The notes: generated by a model not told the origin, from the sequence alone. Counted from the first letter of the stretch, positions 49,376 to 61,626 are shown. The stretch is 64,000 nt of DNA from Verrucomicrobiales bacterium (GCA_046155625.1 JBJXFS010000024.1:14898-78897), one strand, 5' to 3'. Numbers and translations: made by a program.

Positions 49376-49882
49376 TCACAGTTGGTCCTTCAATGAGACC
49401 AGGTCCGGATCGTGGCGGGCATTTTCCCGATAGTCGGCATCCAATTCAAACGCCCGTCGCAACGCCGCCATGGCATCCCTCAACTTACCCAACCGAGCCA
49501 GATAACAGCCGGTGTTGTAGTGAAAGAGCGCCACGTCGCGGAGCGCTCGGGGCCCGGAGACGAGGCGGTCAAGCGCTTCGCGAGTGCGCCCGAGTTCGTG
49601 CAGGCAGAATGACGCTTGGAGCCACCCAGCCGGCTGGGACGGGTGGAGCCGCTGGAGACGCAGCGCCAAGGTCAGCGCCTCGATCCAACGGCGTTCCATC
49701 ATGAGGATCATGAGTTCCGTCTCCATGAGCTCCGACAGGTGCCCAAAAGTTTTTTTTAATGGTTCAATCTCCTCCCACGCCAGGGCGGGCAGTCCAAATT
49801 CGCAATAGCCACGGGCCGCTTCGAGCCGCCGACGAACGACGGGATCCTCGGGATGCGGTGGAGCTTCTGGCGGATCGGGCAT
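49376..49882 (-). CDS. TPR-repeat protein
   Basis: ARGYCEFG, YNTGCYLARLG...AFELD...DPDL. Confidence 0.82.
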   Translation of the reverse strand: MPDPPEAPPHPEDPVVRRRLEAARGYCEFGLPALAWEEIEPLKKTFGHLSELMETELMILMMERRWIEALTLALRLQRLHPSQPAGWLQASFCLHELGRTREALDRLVSGPRALRDVALFHYNTGCYLARLGKLRDAMAALRRAFELDADYRENARHDPDLVSLKDQL

Positions 49883-50004
49883 GGCGGGTCGATAACGGCG
49901 TTGCGCAGATTCGGGAAGTGCGCAAGCGACAAAAATCCATGGCGGGCCAGCGAAAAATTCCCACTGGGCATCGTCCGATCCACCTGCCACCCTGCCCTCT
50001 CACC

Positions 50005-50925
50005 ATGTCAGGGAACTCGCTCCCCACGCACGCCTTCGTTCTGGGCGCCGGCCTCGGCACCCGTCTGCGTCCGCTCACCGAGCGGCGCCCGAAACCGCTC
50101 ATCCCAGTGTGGCATCGCCCGCTCATCACGTACGCCTTCGATCACCTTCTCGGCTTTGGCATCCAGCACCTGATTGTGAATACTCACTGGTGCCCAGAGG
50201 CGTATGACCGGGCATTTCCCGGGCGCTCGTGGCGCGGCCACCCGCTCACGTTCCGCCATGAGCCGGTCCTCCTCGAAACGGCCGGCGGCATCGCCAATGT
50301 GGCTGACCTGTTGCCTGGGGACCGGTCGTTCTGGGTCTACAACGGCGATATCCTCGCCACGGGCCAGCTCCAGCCAGCCCTCCAATATCACCTCCAGTCG
50401 AACGACATCGCCACCCTCGTCCTTCGATCGCATGGAAGCGAATGCGTCGTCGCCTTCGACCCGGCCGCCCGCCGCGTCCACGACCTGCGCCACCTCCTCC
50501 GCTCCGGACGCCCGGCCACTCACCAATTCACCGGCATTTACCTCTGTCGCCCGGAATTCCTCGACTTCCTCACGCCCGGGAAAATCGAGTCGAGCCGGAC
50601 GATATTCCTCGACATCATCCGCCGGACCGGCCGACTCGGCGGCATCGTGTGCGACGACGGCGAGTGGCTCGACCTTGGAGACCGTGCCTCATACCTCGAC
50701 GCGCATCGACGGATCGCTCCCCATCCACCGCCCACCGCTCCGCCCCGCGTGACGCTGCGAGGAACGTGCGCCATTGCGCCTGATGCCTCCGTCGAACCAG
50801 GGGCCATCCTTGAAGACTGCGTGGTCTGGTCAGGCGCCCGGGTCCGCGCTGGGGCCTGCCTGACCCGGTGCATCGTGCGCGACGGAGTCACCGCCGAGGG
50901 AGTCGCCCGTGATCGCGATTTCTGA
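50005..50925 (+). CDS. Sugar-phosphate nucleotidyltransferase (NTP_transferase family)
   Basis: LGAGLGTRLRPLT..PKPL, LETAGG, YNGD, WLDLG, hexapeptide-repeat tail. Confidence 0.9.
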   Translation: MSGNSLPTHAFVLGAGLGTRLRPLTERRPKPLIPVWHRPLITYAFDHLLGFGIQHLIVNTHWCPEAYDRAFPGRSWRGHPLTFRHEPVLLETAGGIANVADLLPGDRSFWVYNGDILATGQLQPALQYHLQSNDIATLVLRSHGSECVVAFDPAARRVHDLRHLLRSGRPATHQFTGIYLCRPEFLDFLTPGKIESSRTIFLDIIRRTGRLGGIVCDDGEWLDLGDRASYLDAHRRIAPHPPPTAPPRVTLRGTCAIAPDASVEPGAILEDCVVWSGARVRAGACLTRCIVRDGVTAEGVARDRDF

Positions 50926-51023
50926 GCCACGCTCGAGGCGCGAACGAAGCGTTGGAGAAGGATCGGCCCCCGTGCCACGGGACCAGTGTCTATCCGGTTG
51001 ATCGTAGGGCATCCATGCCATTC

Positions 51024-53126
51024 CTAAGGTGCGCTATCGAGGATCCGGCGCGGGACGCCGGTGAGTTGAAGGAGCGATCGGAACGGAAGGCGCTCGTCGT
51101 AATCGAGGAGGCCATCCCTGTTTTTATCCTGGCGTTTAAGCAGTTCGGCGGCGGCGGGCAAGGCGCGCCGGGCATTGGGATCGATCTGGCGATTCTGGGT
51201 GGCCGCGACGACGAGTTTATCGGCGATGTGGGCGGCGAGAGCGCCGTTGAGGGTTTCGAGGGCGGTGTCGTCGGGGAGCATGACGGCGAGGAGCAGGCTG
51301 CCCATTTCTTCGTGGGATTGCTCGCCCCAGCGGACGGTGACGGGCGGGCGATGCGGGTTTTGGGGATTGTCGGCGGAATTATCCCAGACGACTTCGGCAT
51401 CCAGGCGGGTGCCGGCGGGGAGCCGGAGGCGCTGGCGATAGGCGTACTGGTCCTGCCAGGCAAAGTTCCACTGGGGAACGTCGAGCAGCGTGATTTTCTT
51501 CCCATCGGGCAGGGCGGCGGTGAGCGACATTCGGCGTCCCAAAAAGTGGGAGTGGGCGCCGACGCGGAATGCCTCGACGTCAACGGGCAGTGTGAAGCTG
51601 TCGCGGACGATATGCTCCTTGGCGCCGGCGGGGATTTCGAGGCCTTCGAGCATGGAGAAAATGGGCGGTACCTGAATGATGCGGTGGCGGTGCTTGGGCG
51701 GGCCGTGGGCCCGGTAAATGGCGACGCGCGTGGATTCCGATTCGGGTTTCCCGGACGGATGGAAATGCGTCTGGAGAACGAGGTTCGAGCCCTTGGGGAA
51801 ACTCCAGGCCAGATCCGAAGGCAGGCTGAGCGGTCCGCCGCCGGGCGCCCAAGCGGCGACAAATTTCAGGTCGCGCGAATCGGCACCGGGGTAACCGGGT
51901 TCCGGAGTGCGCGCGTCCTTGGCGGCGGCGCGGCCCGTGGGGTCGATGAAGACGAGGATATGGTGGACGACGGCGGTGGCGGATGGCCCAAGTTCGACTG
52001 CGCGCACCCAGGCATCCTCCTGCCACCCAAGCGGGAGAACAAACGTGCGGTAGATGTCGCGACCTTCCGCGGGCACCGAAAACGGCTCCGGCATGACCAG
52101 TTCGAGATCGGGCGGGCCGAGCCGCCAACCGTCGGGAAAGGTGGGTGGGGTGGGCGATTTCGCTGGATCGCCCTCGGGAGCTCCGGCGCGATACCATCGG
52201 TCGAGCAGGGCGATTTCGCGTGGCGTCAGCCGGCGGTCCCACAGCACGGGCGGCGTGGCATCCCCGGCGTGCCACGGCGGCATCTCCCGGTCCACAGTGA
52301 CTTCGGCGATCTGGCGGGCGCGCTTGTGGGCGTCGGCGAACGTGAGGAGAGAAAATGGACCGATTTCTCCAGGCCGATGGCAGGCGGCGCACCGGCGGTG
52401 CAGCACTGGCGCGATGTGTTCATTAAACGTGACTGTCTCGGGAATCGGGAGCCCCTCATCGGCGGGGACGGGCGGCGGCAGCAGCGATTCAAATCCATTC
52501 CACGGCGGCGGATCGGGAATATGGCACCCTTGCGCCTTGGTCAGCGGCACCGCAACCGGCCGCCCGGCCGCCACCGCCTCGATGGCGTCACGCACATAGT
52601 GCTCGTTGGCTTCGACCCGCATCACGCCATCGGGAGCGATTCGGTCGTTCAGCGCCCCGCGATAAACCACGCTACCGTCCGCGGCGACCAAGGCCGCCTC
52701 AGGCGTGGCCGTGGCACCAACCGTTTTGGAAAGAACCAAGGCCGTGTCCAGCAACACCGGCATCTGAAATCCGTAGTCGCGCGCATGCGCGTAGGCCGCC
52801 ATCGGCTCCAACGTGGGCTCGGCGTACACGACAAAAGTCGAAACCCCGCGCTCAGCGCCCAAGGCCGCCAATCGTGACATCTCCGGAGCCAGGGTGTTTG
52901 CCTTCGGACAGTCACTCAGAATAAAGAAAAACAGGACTCCCTTGACGTCACCCTCGATCTGGAATGGCCGGTGCAAGCGCCCAGCGGGATCGGGGAGGCG
53001 CATGGAAGCCGATTCGCGCACGCGCCCGGTGGCCGCGCTCAAATCATCCAATGGCACCGCATCCGCGGCCACCACCGCCGCCGTGGCCAGCCAGCCGCCC
53101 ATGAACCTGGAAAATCGATTTCTCAT
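51024..53126 (-). CDS. Redoxin-domain / CxxCH / copper type II ascorbate-dependent monooxygenase-like multidomain protein
   Basis: Signal peptide, DCP...ATATPEA..YRG..D, CAACH, VVHHIL, HFH, HSH, EEM, EF-hand-like DKNRDGLLDYDE. Confidence 0.85.
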   Translation of the reverse strand: MRNRFSRFMGGWLATAAVVAADAVPLDDLSAATGRVRESASMRLPDPAGRLHRPFQIEGDVKGVLFFFILSDCPKANTLAPEMSRLAALGAERGVSTFVVYAEPTLEPMAAYAHARDYGFQMPVLLDTALVLSKTVGATATPEAALVAADGSVVYRGALNDRIAPDGVMRVEANEHYVRDAIEAVAAGRPVAVPLTKAQGCHIPDPPPWNGFESLLPPPVPADEGLPIPETVTFNEHIAPVLHRRCAACHRPGEIGPFSLLTFADAHKRARQIAEVTVDREMPPWHAGDATPPVLWDRRLTPREIALLDRWYRAGAPEGDPAKSPTPPTFPDGWRLGPPDLELVMPEPFSVPAEGRDIYRTFVLPLGWQEDAWVRAVELGPSATAVVHHILVFIDPTGRAAAKDARTPEPGYPGADSRDLKFVAAWAPGGGPLSLPSDLAWSFPKGSNLVLQTHFHPSGKPESESTRVAIYRAHGPPKHRHRIIQVPPIFSMLEGLEIPAGAKEHIVRDSFTLPVDVEAFRVGAHSHFLGRRMSLTAALPDGKKITLLDVPQWNFAWQDQYAYRQRLRLPAGTRLDAEVVWDNSADNPQNPHRPPVTVRWGEQSHEEMGSLLLAVMLPDDTALETLNGALAAHIADKLVVAATQNRQIDPNARRALPAAAELLKRQDKNRDGLLDYDERLPFRSLLQLTGVPRRILDSAP

Positions 53127-53185
53127 CAAACTATCACCATACGAACGAACCGCGGCATCGGCAACCGCGAGTCGTGAGGCTTTGG

Positions 53186-53237
53186 GTTCTTCGTTCTTCG
53201 TTCTTCGTTCTTCGTTCGGCGTTCGGCGTTCGGCGTT
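53186..53237. repeat. Heptamer tandem array (GTTCTTC)x4 (GTTCGGC)x3
   Basis: Directly visible. Confidence 0.9.
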
Positions 53238-53541
53238 TTTTGAGGGTGGGGCGACGGTATTGGGCTTGGGCAATTTGAAGGCAGGATCGAGCGGGAACTT
53301 GAGGCTGGAGGTGGGACGAGACCTCCCGGGCTCGTAGGCGGTGGGGGCGTGGTGATAGGGGCTCCGTTTCGTCTTCTCAAGCGGTGCGCGAAGCCAAGAA
53401 AAGCGATGAGGAATGACGCCGTTACTGGAAATTCTCTGGGTCTGAATCACGCGACCCTCACTCGAGGAGTAAAGTCCGTTTTAAAGTGGTTGCCGAAAAC
53501 GCATTTCCTCAGTTACGGAGGTGCTTGAGCGAAGGAATGGT

Positions 53542-53679
53542 TCTCGGGTAGGGCAGCGTGTCCCGTCTCATGCACGGGAAACACGGTGCGAAAACCTCGA
53601 ACCGCACACGGAGCGAGACGCTCGATGGACGCGGCGGGACGCCGCGTCCGGCGGGCGGGACGCGCCGCCCTACCCGAGA
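53542..53679. repeat. REP-doublet (REPIN)-like element with 24-bp inverted ends
   Basis: TCTCGGGTAGGGCAGCGTGTCCCG at 53542-53565 versus its inverse at 53656-53679 (2 mismatches); contains the GTAG tetranucleotide typical of REPs. Confidence 0.72.
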
Positions 53680-53796
53680 CCGACGTTCCAGATTCAGGAG
53701 GCTTCGAATCGCCCTCGTCCTCGAAAAATCCGCTCCGCTCACCGACCTGCCCCCATCGCCAGTTACTCGCCTGTCCATCGGACCACGCCCGTTTCC

Positions 53797-53903
53797 CACT
53801 GAACACTAAACACTGAACACTGAACACTAAACACTGAACACTGAACACTGAATACTTCTGAATACTGAACACTGAATACTGAACACTTCTGAATACTGAA
53901 TAC
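53797..53903. repeat. Heptamer tandem array, 14 units of (C/T)ACTGAA
   Basis: Directly visible; includes two CACTAAA variants and two 10-bp variants. Confidence 0.93.
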
Positions 53904-53993
53904 CGCTCTCCGCGTCGCGATTCCCGACCGCCGACCGCCGACCTCCGCCGCGTTTTTTTCCACGCTACAGCCATTTCCGGCTATCGGTACGGC

Positions 53994-54905
53994 GTGTCCC
54001 CCATCTCTCAGTCTGATGACGACCTGTTTGATCCGGAATTTCTCGACCGGTTGCGCGCCTTGGTGTTGCGGCTGAGGAAGCGGCGGCTATTGAAGAAAAA
54101 GGGATTGCAATCCACCCCGGCGACGGGCTTCACGCGCGAGTTCAAGGATTTCCGGCATTACACGCCGCATGACGATTACCGTGCCATCGACTGGCGGATC
54201 TACGCGCGACTGGAACGGCTGTTCATCCGGCTGTACGAGGAGGTCCAGGAGTTTCATGTTCATGTGCTGCTCGACACCAGTGAGTCGATGGAGTCGCCGC
54301 ATGCCGAGAAGCGGCGGACTGGATTGAAGCTGGCGGTGGCGCTGGCGGCGATCGGATTGCTCGGCCAGCACCGGGTTACGCTGTACACGATGAAGGACCG
54401 GGTGGTCAGCGAGTTGCCGCCGCTCAAAGGGCAGGTCAACTTGCGTCGGCTCATTGACCATGTACGCAGCCTGACGTTCGGCGGGGTCACCGACCTGGAG
54501 CGCTGCTTCAACGACTTCCGCCCGTCGAGGCAGCGCCAGGGGATCATTTTTGTCGTGAGCGACCTGTTTGGCCGCGATCTTGAGGAGGCGCCGCGGGCGA
54601 TCGAGCGCACGTCGGCCTGGCCGGGCGAAACCCATGTGATCCATGTTTTTCATCCACTGGAAAAATCACCGGCTTTGAGCGGTGAGGTTGAATTGGTCGA
54701 TGTGGAAACCGGCGAGGCACGGCGGATGTGGTTGAGCCGGCGGGATGTCGAGCGGCATGAGGCTGCTTTCACGCAATGGTCGGCCGCGGTTGAGCGCGCC
54801 TGTCTGTCTCGGCGGGGCGATTTCCTCGCCTGGCCGACGGACACGGATTTTGACGAGGCGTTTTTGGCGCTGCTGTCGCGCGGGAGCGCGCTGGCGGGCG
54901 CCTGA
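53994..54905 (+). CDS. DUF58 domain protein (MoxR/VWA-associated)
   Basis: EFKDFRHYTPHDDYRAIDW, LLDTSESM, VVSDL, LVDVETG. Confidence 0.92.
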   Translation: MSPISQSDDDLFDPEFLDRLRALVLRLRKRRLLKKKGLQSTPATGFTREFKDFRHYTPHDDYRAIDWRIYARLERLFIRLYEEVQEFHVHVLLDTSESMESPHAEKRRTGLKLAVALAAIGLLGQHRVTLYTMKDRVVSELPPLKGQVNLRRLIDHVRSLTFGGVTDLERCFNDFRPSRQRQGIIFVVSDLFGRDLEEAPRAIERTSAWPGETHVIHVFHPLEKSPALSGEVELVDVETGEARRMWLSRRDVERHEAAFTQWSAAVERACLSRRGDFLAWPTDTDFDEAFLALLSRGSALAGA

Positions 54906-54939
54906 ACCGGCGCCATGCGGGAGAAGCGATGGGGCTGCC

Positions 54940-55098
54940 GGGCGGTTGGGCCCAAAAAGGGACTGTTAAACCACGAAAGTCACGAAACACACGAAAATTC
55001 ATTGAGTTAGGACAAGCGACCTCCTCATCCATCAGGTGGGCGGTGATCATTGGGCAACGCCTTGGTTTTTCGTGTGTTTCGCGTTTTTCGTGGTTCCC
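54940..55098. repeat. Hairpin MITE-like dispersed repeat, copy 2 (inverted relative to copy 1)
   Basis: Reverse complement aligns with 13366-13521. Confidence 0.85.
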
Positions 55099-55158
55099 CC
55101 GGCCTTAGGTTCATTGGCAAGTCAGTGCGTTGCGCACGCAATGTGCTATGGGAACCGC

Positions 55159-57060
<1,902 letters not shown>

Positions 57061-57280
57061 TGGCCACGGACATTGCGGGCAAGGCAGTCGATGGCGATTC
57101 AGTGCGTAAGCATTTAGCACAGCAGAGCCTTGATGGTCATGCGGTTCACATGCCTCCCTGTACTCGTTCCGAAGCTCATCTAGGGAAAGATTTTCGCCGA
57201 AGTCATTGGTTTTTTTGCTGGTGTCTGCAGGCCATCGCTCCTGCAGGAATCGGCGATGACCGAAACAAACACACCTGCGC

Positions 57281-58093
57281 TCACGGCACCCGTGGAAACT
57301 TCTTGAAATCGGGGGCGCGTTTTTCGAGGAATGCTTGTTTTCCTTCCTTGGCCTCCTCGCTCATGTAGTAAAGCAGGGTGGCGTTGCCGGCGAGGTCGAG
57401 CAGGCCGACTTGGCCGTCGCAATCCGCGTTGAGCGCGGCCTTCAGGCACCGCAGGGCGAGTGGACTGTGTTGGAGGATTTCGCGGCACCATCGCACCGTT
57501 TCGGCTTCCAACTCGGGCAGCGGCACGACCCCGTTCACCAGCCCCATTTCCAACGCCTGCGCGGCGTCGTACTGGCGGCAGAGGAACCAGATTTCACGGG
57601 CTTTTTTTTGTCCCACGATGCGGGCGAGATAGCTCGACCCGAGCCCGCCGTCGAACGACCCGACCTTGGGACCGGTCTGCCCGAAGCGGGCGTTGTCTGC
57701 GGCGATGGTCAGGTCGCAGACGACGTGGAGGACGTGGCCGCCGCCGATGGCATAACCCGCGACCATGGCAACGACGGGTTTCGGAAGGGAGCGGATTTTT
57801 TTTTGGAGGTCGAGCACATTGAGGCGCGGCACGCCATCGGATCCGAGGTAGCCGGCGTGGCCACGGACTTTTTGATCGCCGCCCGAGCAGAACGCCTTGT
57901 CTCCGGCTCCGGTGAGGATGATCACGCCGACGGAGGGATCCTCGTGAGCGAGGTCAAAGGCGACGAGGAGTTCCTGCACGGTGAGCGGCCGGAAGGCGTT
58001 GCGCACTTCGGGGCGGTTGATCGTGATCTTGGCGATCCCGTCGTCGGATTTCTGGTAGAGGATGTCGGTGAAGGGCTGGACGTCGTGCCACAT
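57281..58093 (-). CDS. menB: 1,4-dihydroxy-2-naphthoyl-CoA synthase
   Basis: [43 protein letters not shown]. Confidence 0.97.
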   Translation of the reverse strand: MWHDVQPFTDILYQKSDDGIAKITINRPEVRNAFRPLTVQELLVAFDLAHEDPSVGVIILTGAGDKAFCSGGDQKVRGHAGYLGSDGVPRLNVLDLQKKIRSLPKPVVAMVAGYAIGGGHVLHVVCDLTIAADNARFGQTGPKVGSFDGGLGSSYLARIVGQKKAREIWFLCRQYDAAQALEMGLVNGVVPLPELEAETVRWCREILQHSPLALRCLKAALNADCDGQVGLLDLAGNATLLYYMSEEAKEGKQAFLEKRAPDFKKFPRVP

Positions 58094-58099
58094 GGTGGG

Positions 58100-58801
58100 T
58101 CAGGTAAGCAGGTTTTCCGCGAAAAGGAAGCCACTCACGGCGTCGATGAAGCCGTCGGGGTTTTCCCATGGCACGCGGTGGCCCGCGGACGGGATGACGG
58201 CATGCCGGGCGTTGGGCAGGGCGGCCACGGCGCCGCGGGCGACTTCCGTGTACCCTTTGTCGAAGTCGCCCGAGATCCAGAGGACGGGCAGATTGAGATG
58301 ACCGAGTTTCGGGAGCAAGTCTTCCTGGCGGCTCAGTCCCCAGCAATCAAAAGACCGGATGATCCCCTGGCGCCACTTGAACGCCGTGAGTCGGCCGCCG
58401 GGCATGTCGACCCCGGCAAAGACGGCCTGGTCGTTCCAAATGCGCAAGAATGTTTCCCACGGAAGTGAGCGAAGTTTCTTCGCCCACTCGTCGTCCTGGC
58501 GCCACCGGCGCTGGCGGATTTCGCGGTCGGCCAGCCCGGTGTGCGCGGAAACGATGATGGCGGCGCGAAAGAGGTCGGGAGCGGCGAGCAACGCGTGGAG
58601 CGCCAGGCGCCCACCCATCGAATACCCAAGCAACACCGGCCGCGGATCTTTCGCCCGAACTTTTTTGGCGAACTGGAAGGCCCACGGCGTGTAGCGGTCG
58701 ACCTCGGCCCAGAGCAGCGGCGTCTGCAATCCGGGCAATGTTGGCCGGAGGAAATCCCAGTCCGCGGGGTCACCCACCATTCCATGGAGTGCCCAAATCA
58801 T
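58100..58801 (-). CDS. menH: SHCHC synthase (alpha/beta hydrolase)
   Basis: LHG, GYSMGGRLAL, AGH; lies between menD and menB. Confidence 0.88.
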   Translation of the reverse strand: MIWALHGMVGDPADWDFLRPTLPGLQTPLLWAEVDRYTPWAFQFAKKVRAKDPRPVLLGYSMGGRLALHALLAAPDLFRAAIIVSAHTGLADREIRQRRWRQDDEWAKKLRSLPWETFLRIWNDQAVFAGVDMPGGRLTAFKWRQGIIRSFDCWGLSRQEDLLPKLGHLNLPVLWISGDFDKGYTEVARGAVAALPNARHAVIPSAGHRVPWENPDGFIDAVSGFLFAENLLT

Positions 58802-58876
58802 GCGGCGCGAGGGAGTCGGGGGCTCGTGATGAATGGTGGCATGGAGCGGAGCGCGAGGCGGGATGGGAGACGCAAC

Positions 58877-60550
58877 CTAAACCTTGATCTTAGCCAGGCA
58901 GGCCCAGGCGGCTTCGGTTTCGGCCGGGTCCGGCACAATTTCAAGGATGAGGTTTGGATCACGCCGCTCAGCGGCTTCCCCGATCTCGTCCGGCGTGGTA
59001 GCTTTGGCGTATCCCCACCCAAACAAATCGGCCCAGGCATGAAAGGCCAGCCCATGCGGGTTTTCCATGAATCGGCGAGACGTCGCTGGCAATTCGCGGA
59101 GGGCCGCGACTCGTGAGAAGATGCGGCCGCCGCCGTTGTTGATGATCGCGATGCGGCGGCGGGCGGATGCAAGGTTTCGGCGGGCGGCGGGCAGGGCCGG
59201 CGTGATCCAGAGAGCGGCCAGGTCGTAGAGCGCGGTCAGGTCGCCGATGACCGCCCAACTCGTTTCTTCCTCGGTGCCGAGGCCGAGAAAGGTCGAGACG
59301 CATCCGTCGATGCCATTGGCCCCGCGGTTGGCGTGGCAGCGGAGAAATCGGTTTCCGGTGGTGGCAAACACATTCCACTCGCGAATGGGCAGGCTGTTGC
59401 CAAGGAACACGAGCGACCCCCACGGGATGCGTCGGGACAGGGCATGCACCAGCGCCGGTTCGCCGCGCGGATGCCCATCGATCGCTTCGGCCAGAGTGGT
59501 CGCGAGGAGGCGCGCGGCCTCCGGATCCCACGGCTGCGCGACCCGCCAGTCAGTCGGGATCACCACTTGGTCCCAGTCGGGAAACCCACTGACCGCCGAC
59601 GGTCGCGCCAGTCCGGGAAACCCGGATGCCGTGAGGGAAAGCACGCGCACGGACGGTCGGCATTCCAAGTCACGCCACCACCGCGACGACGGCACGCCGC
59701 CAATCCGCAAGACCCGGCCCACCGGCAGCCGGGCGAGGGTGGCTTCGCCGGCAAACACATGTTGCCCGGCCAACTCATGCCACTCGCGCAGGCCGCTCGT
59801 GGCTTCCGCGATCACCGGACAACCGAGCCGCTGCAGAAATCGAGCGACCGTCACCTGTTCCTGAGTCGGCAGCGCGGCGACCACGGCGACCAGCGGGCCG
59901 GCGGCCGAGTCGCCAAGGAATTTCTCCACCGTCTCGGCATCGGCGCGCGGCACCTTGGGAGCGGGCCGCGATTCGGCCGTGACGGGCCTGGCTCGCGCGA
60001 GCGCGTCGGCCGATGGTTCTTCGAGGCAGATGTTCCAGTGCATCGGCCGACCTCCGTCCCAGCCCAGGATCGCTTCCTCGAACGACGCCCACTCGGCCAC
60101 CGTCGCCACGTCACCGGCAGCCGCCACGTAACCCGAAAACAATCCGGCCTGCTCGATGGCTTGGGGCGCTCCAGTGCCCCGAAATCCCCGCGGCCGGTCG
60201 GCCGTGACCATGATCATGGGAACGCCCTGATAGTGCGCCTCGATCACCGCCGGCAGCAACTCCGCAACCGCCGTGCCCGAAGTGGTCACCACGGCGACGG
60301 GCGCCTCGCGGGCGAGCGCACGGCCGAGTGCAAAAAACCCAGCACTGCGTTCCTCGGGAAAACTCCAGAGCCGGAGCGAGGGCGTCGCGGCCAGAACCGC
60401 GACCAACGCCGCATTGCGCGCACCGGCGCAAACAACGACTTCGGTCGCGCCGCATCGCTGCAGCGCAGCGACGACCGCTTCCGCAAGCGCAAGGTCACCC
60501 TCGGAATCCGGCCCGCTCCCGGTCGCATTGCCTCCGATCGCCGCATTCAT
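58877..60550 (-). CDS. menD: SEPHCHC synthase
   Basis: GARNA, EERSAGFFALG, TTSGTAVAELLPAVIEA, TADRP, GNSLPIR, NRGANGIDG, GDL, NNGGGRIF. Confidence 0.95.
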   Translation of the reverse strand: MNAAIGGNATGSGPDSEGDLALAEAVVAALQRCGATEVVVCAGARNAALVAVLAATPSLRLWSFPEERSAGFFALGRALAREAPVAVVTTSGTAVAELLPAVIEAHYQGVPMIMVTADRPRGFRGTGAPQAIEQAGLFSGYVAAAGDVATVAEWASFEEAILGWDGGRPMHWNICLEEPSADALARARPVTAESRPAPKVPRADAETVEKFLGDSAAGPLVAVVAALPTQEQVTVARFLQRLGCPVIAEATSGLREWHELAGQHVFAGEATLARLPVGRVLRIGGVPSSRWWRDLECRPSVRVLSLTASGFPGLARPSAVSGFPDWDQVVIPTDWRVAQPWDPEAARLLATTLAEAIDGHPRGEPALVHALSRRIPWGSLVFLGNSLPIREWNVFATTGNRFLRCHANRGANGIDGCVSTFLGLGTEEETSWAVIGDLTALYDLAALWITPALPAARRNLASARRRIAIINNGGGRIFSRVAALRELPATSRRFMENPHGLAFHAWADLFGWGYAKATTPDEIGEAAERRDPNLILEIVPDPAETEAAWACLAKIKV

Positions 60551-61626
60551 GAATCGAGCCCAAAAGCTTGCTTTACCCACCGGCGCTTGAGACCGAGCTC
60601 GCGCCATTCGCGGTCGAACGCGCTGCCCTCGACGATCCCACACCCCGCGGGCAGGACAATACGATCGGGCGTCCACCACAGGCCGCGGATCGTCACGACC
60701 ATTTGCATGCCGCCGCTCCACTGCACACCAAACGGAGCGCCAAAAGTATCCGGCACGCCGAGTTGACGACGCCAGCCACGCAGGGCGGTTAGGTTTTCGG
60801 CGGAACGCGGCAGGATTCCCATGGCCGGCGTCGGGTGCAAGGCACGCACCAGTTCCGCGCTATCGGGCACCTTCGCTAACTCGACTTCAAATCGCGTGAT
60901 AAAATGAATCAGGCCACCGATGTTGAGCACTTCGCGCGGGCCGCTGCGCACGGCGCCCCAAGCCGCCAGTCGCAGACGCAACGAGTCGGCGACGATTTCG
61001 TGCTCGCGGATCTGTTTGGCGTCGTGTTCGAAATCGTCCTGCTCCGCGGTGCGCGCGGTGCCGGCCAGGGCCATCGTCTGCAGACTGCGACCGCGCAGCG
61101 TGAACAACGTTTCCGGTGTCATGCCGGCGCAGCCATTTCCCTCGCCGTCGCGAAATACATACGGCCAGCACACACTGGCTTCCCGATGATTCAGCGCGCG
61201 CCGGGCCAGCGTCGCCGGCGTTCCCGCGGCCAGCCGTCCGACCTCCGGCACCGCCAGCACCGCCTTCCGCCACCGCCCATCCCTCAATCCCGCCAGCACC
61301 GTCTCCAACCCGGCGGCAAATCCCTCACGCACCACCGGTTCCCACTCAATCGACACCTCATTGGAATCCGGTGGCGGCGGGAGGGACGCCTCCCAGGACG
61401 CCGCGGGCAAATACCAAGGCTCAGCGGAAGACAGCGCAAAGTCATTGCGATAGAAGGCGACCTCCCCCGGTGGCGCCGTAGCCGCTCGCCGAAACGGCCC
61501 GCAGGCCAGCAACCAGCGGCTTGGCCCGACGCGCAGACACGCTCCACCTTCCGCGCCCGTGAACGCGGCCATGGCCGGATCGGCCGTCGAGGATGTCGGA
61601 AACGAGGGCAAAAAGGCGAAGCTCAT
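60547..61626 (-). CDS. menF: Isochorismate synthase (chorismate-binding protein)
   Basis: KAVL, TPETLF, MALAGT, KQIREH, LHPTPA, IRG, AGCGIV; stop overlaps the menD start. Confidence 0.85.
   Translation of the reverse strand: MSFAFLPSFPTSSTADPAMAAFTGAEGGACLRVGPSRWLLACGPFRRAATAPPGEVAFYRNDFALSSAEPWYLPAASWEASLPPPPDSNEVSIEWEPVVREGFAAGLETVLAGLRDGRWRKAVLAVPEVGRLAAGTPATLARRALNHREASVCWPYVFRDGEGNGCAGMTPETLFTLRGRSLQTMALAGTARTAEQDDFEHDAKQIREHEIVADSLRLRLAAWGAVRSGPREVLNIGGLIHFITRFEVELAKVPDSAELVRALHPTPAMGILPRSAENLTALRGWRRQLGVPDTFGAPFGVQWSGGMQMVVTIRGLWWTPDRIVLPAGCGIVEGSAFDREWRELGLKRRWVKQAFGLDS

Noticed and set aside
53127-53450. N-terminal 108-aa extension of the 808-aa ORF
   Set aside because: It runs through the heptamer repeat; a signal-peptide-bearing start at 53126 is more plausible.
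53797-53903. Possible CRISPR array
   Set aside because: Contiguous 7-bp units with no unique spacers, and no cas genes in the window.
53513-53974. ORF with repeated VFSVQ motif
   Set aside because: Translation artefact of the heptamer array and the REP-like element.
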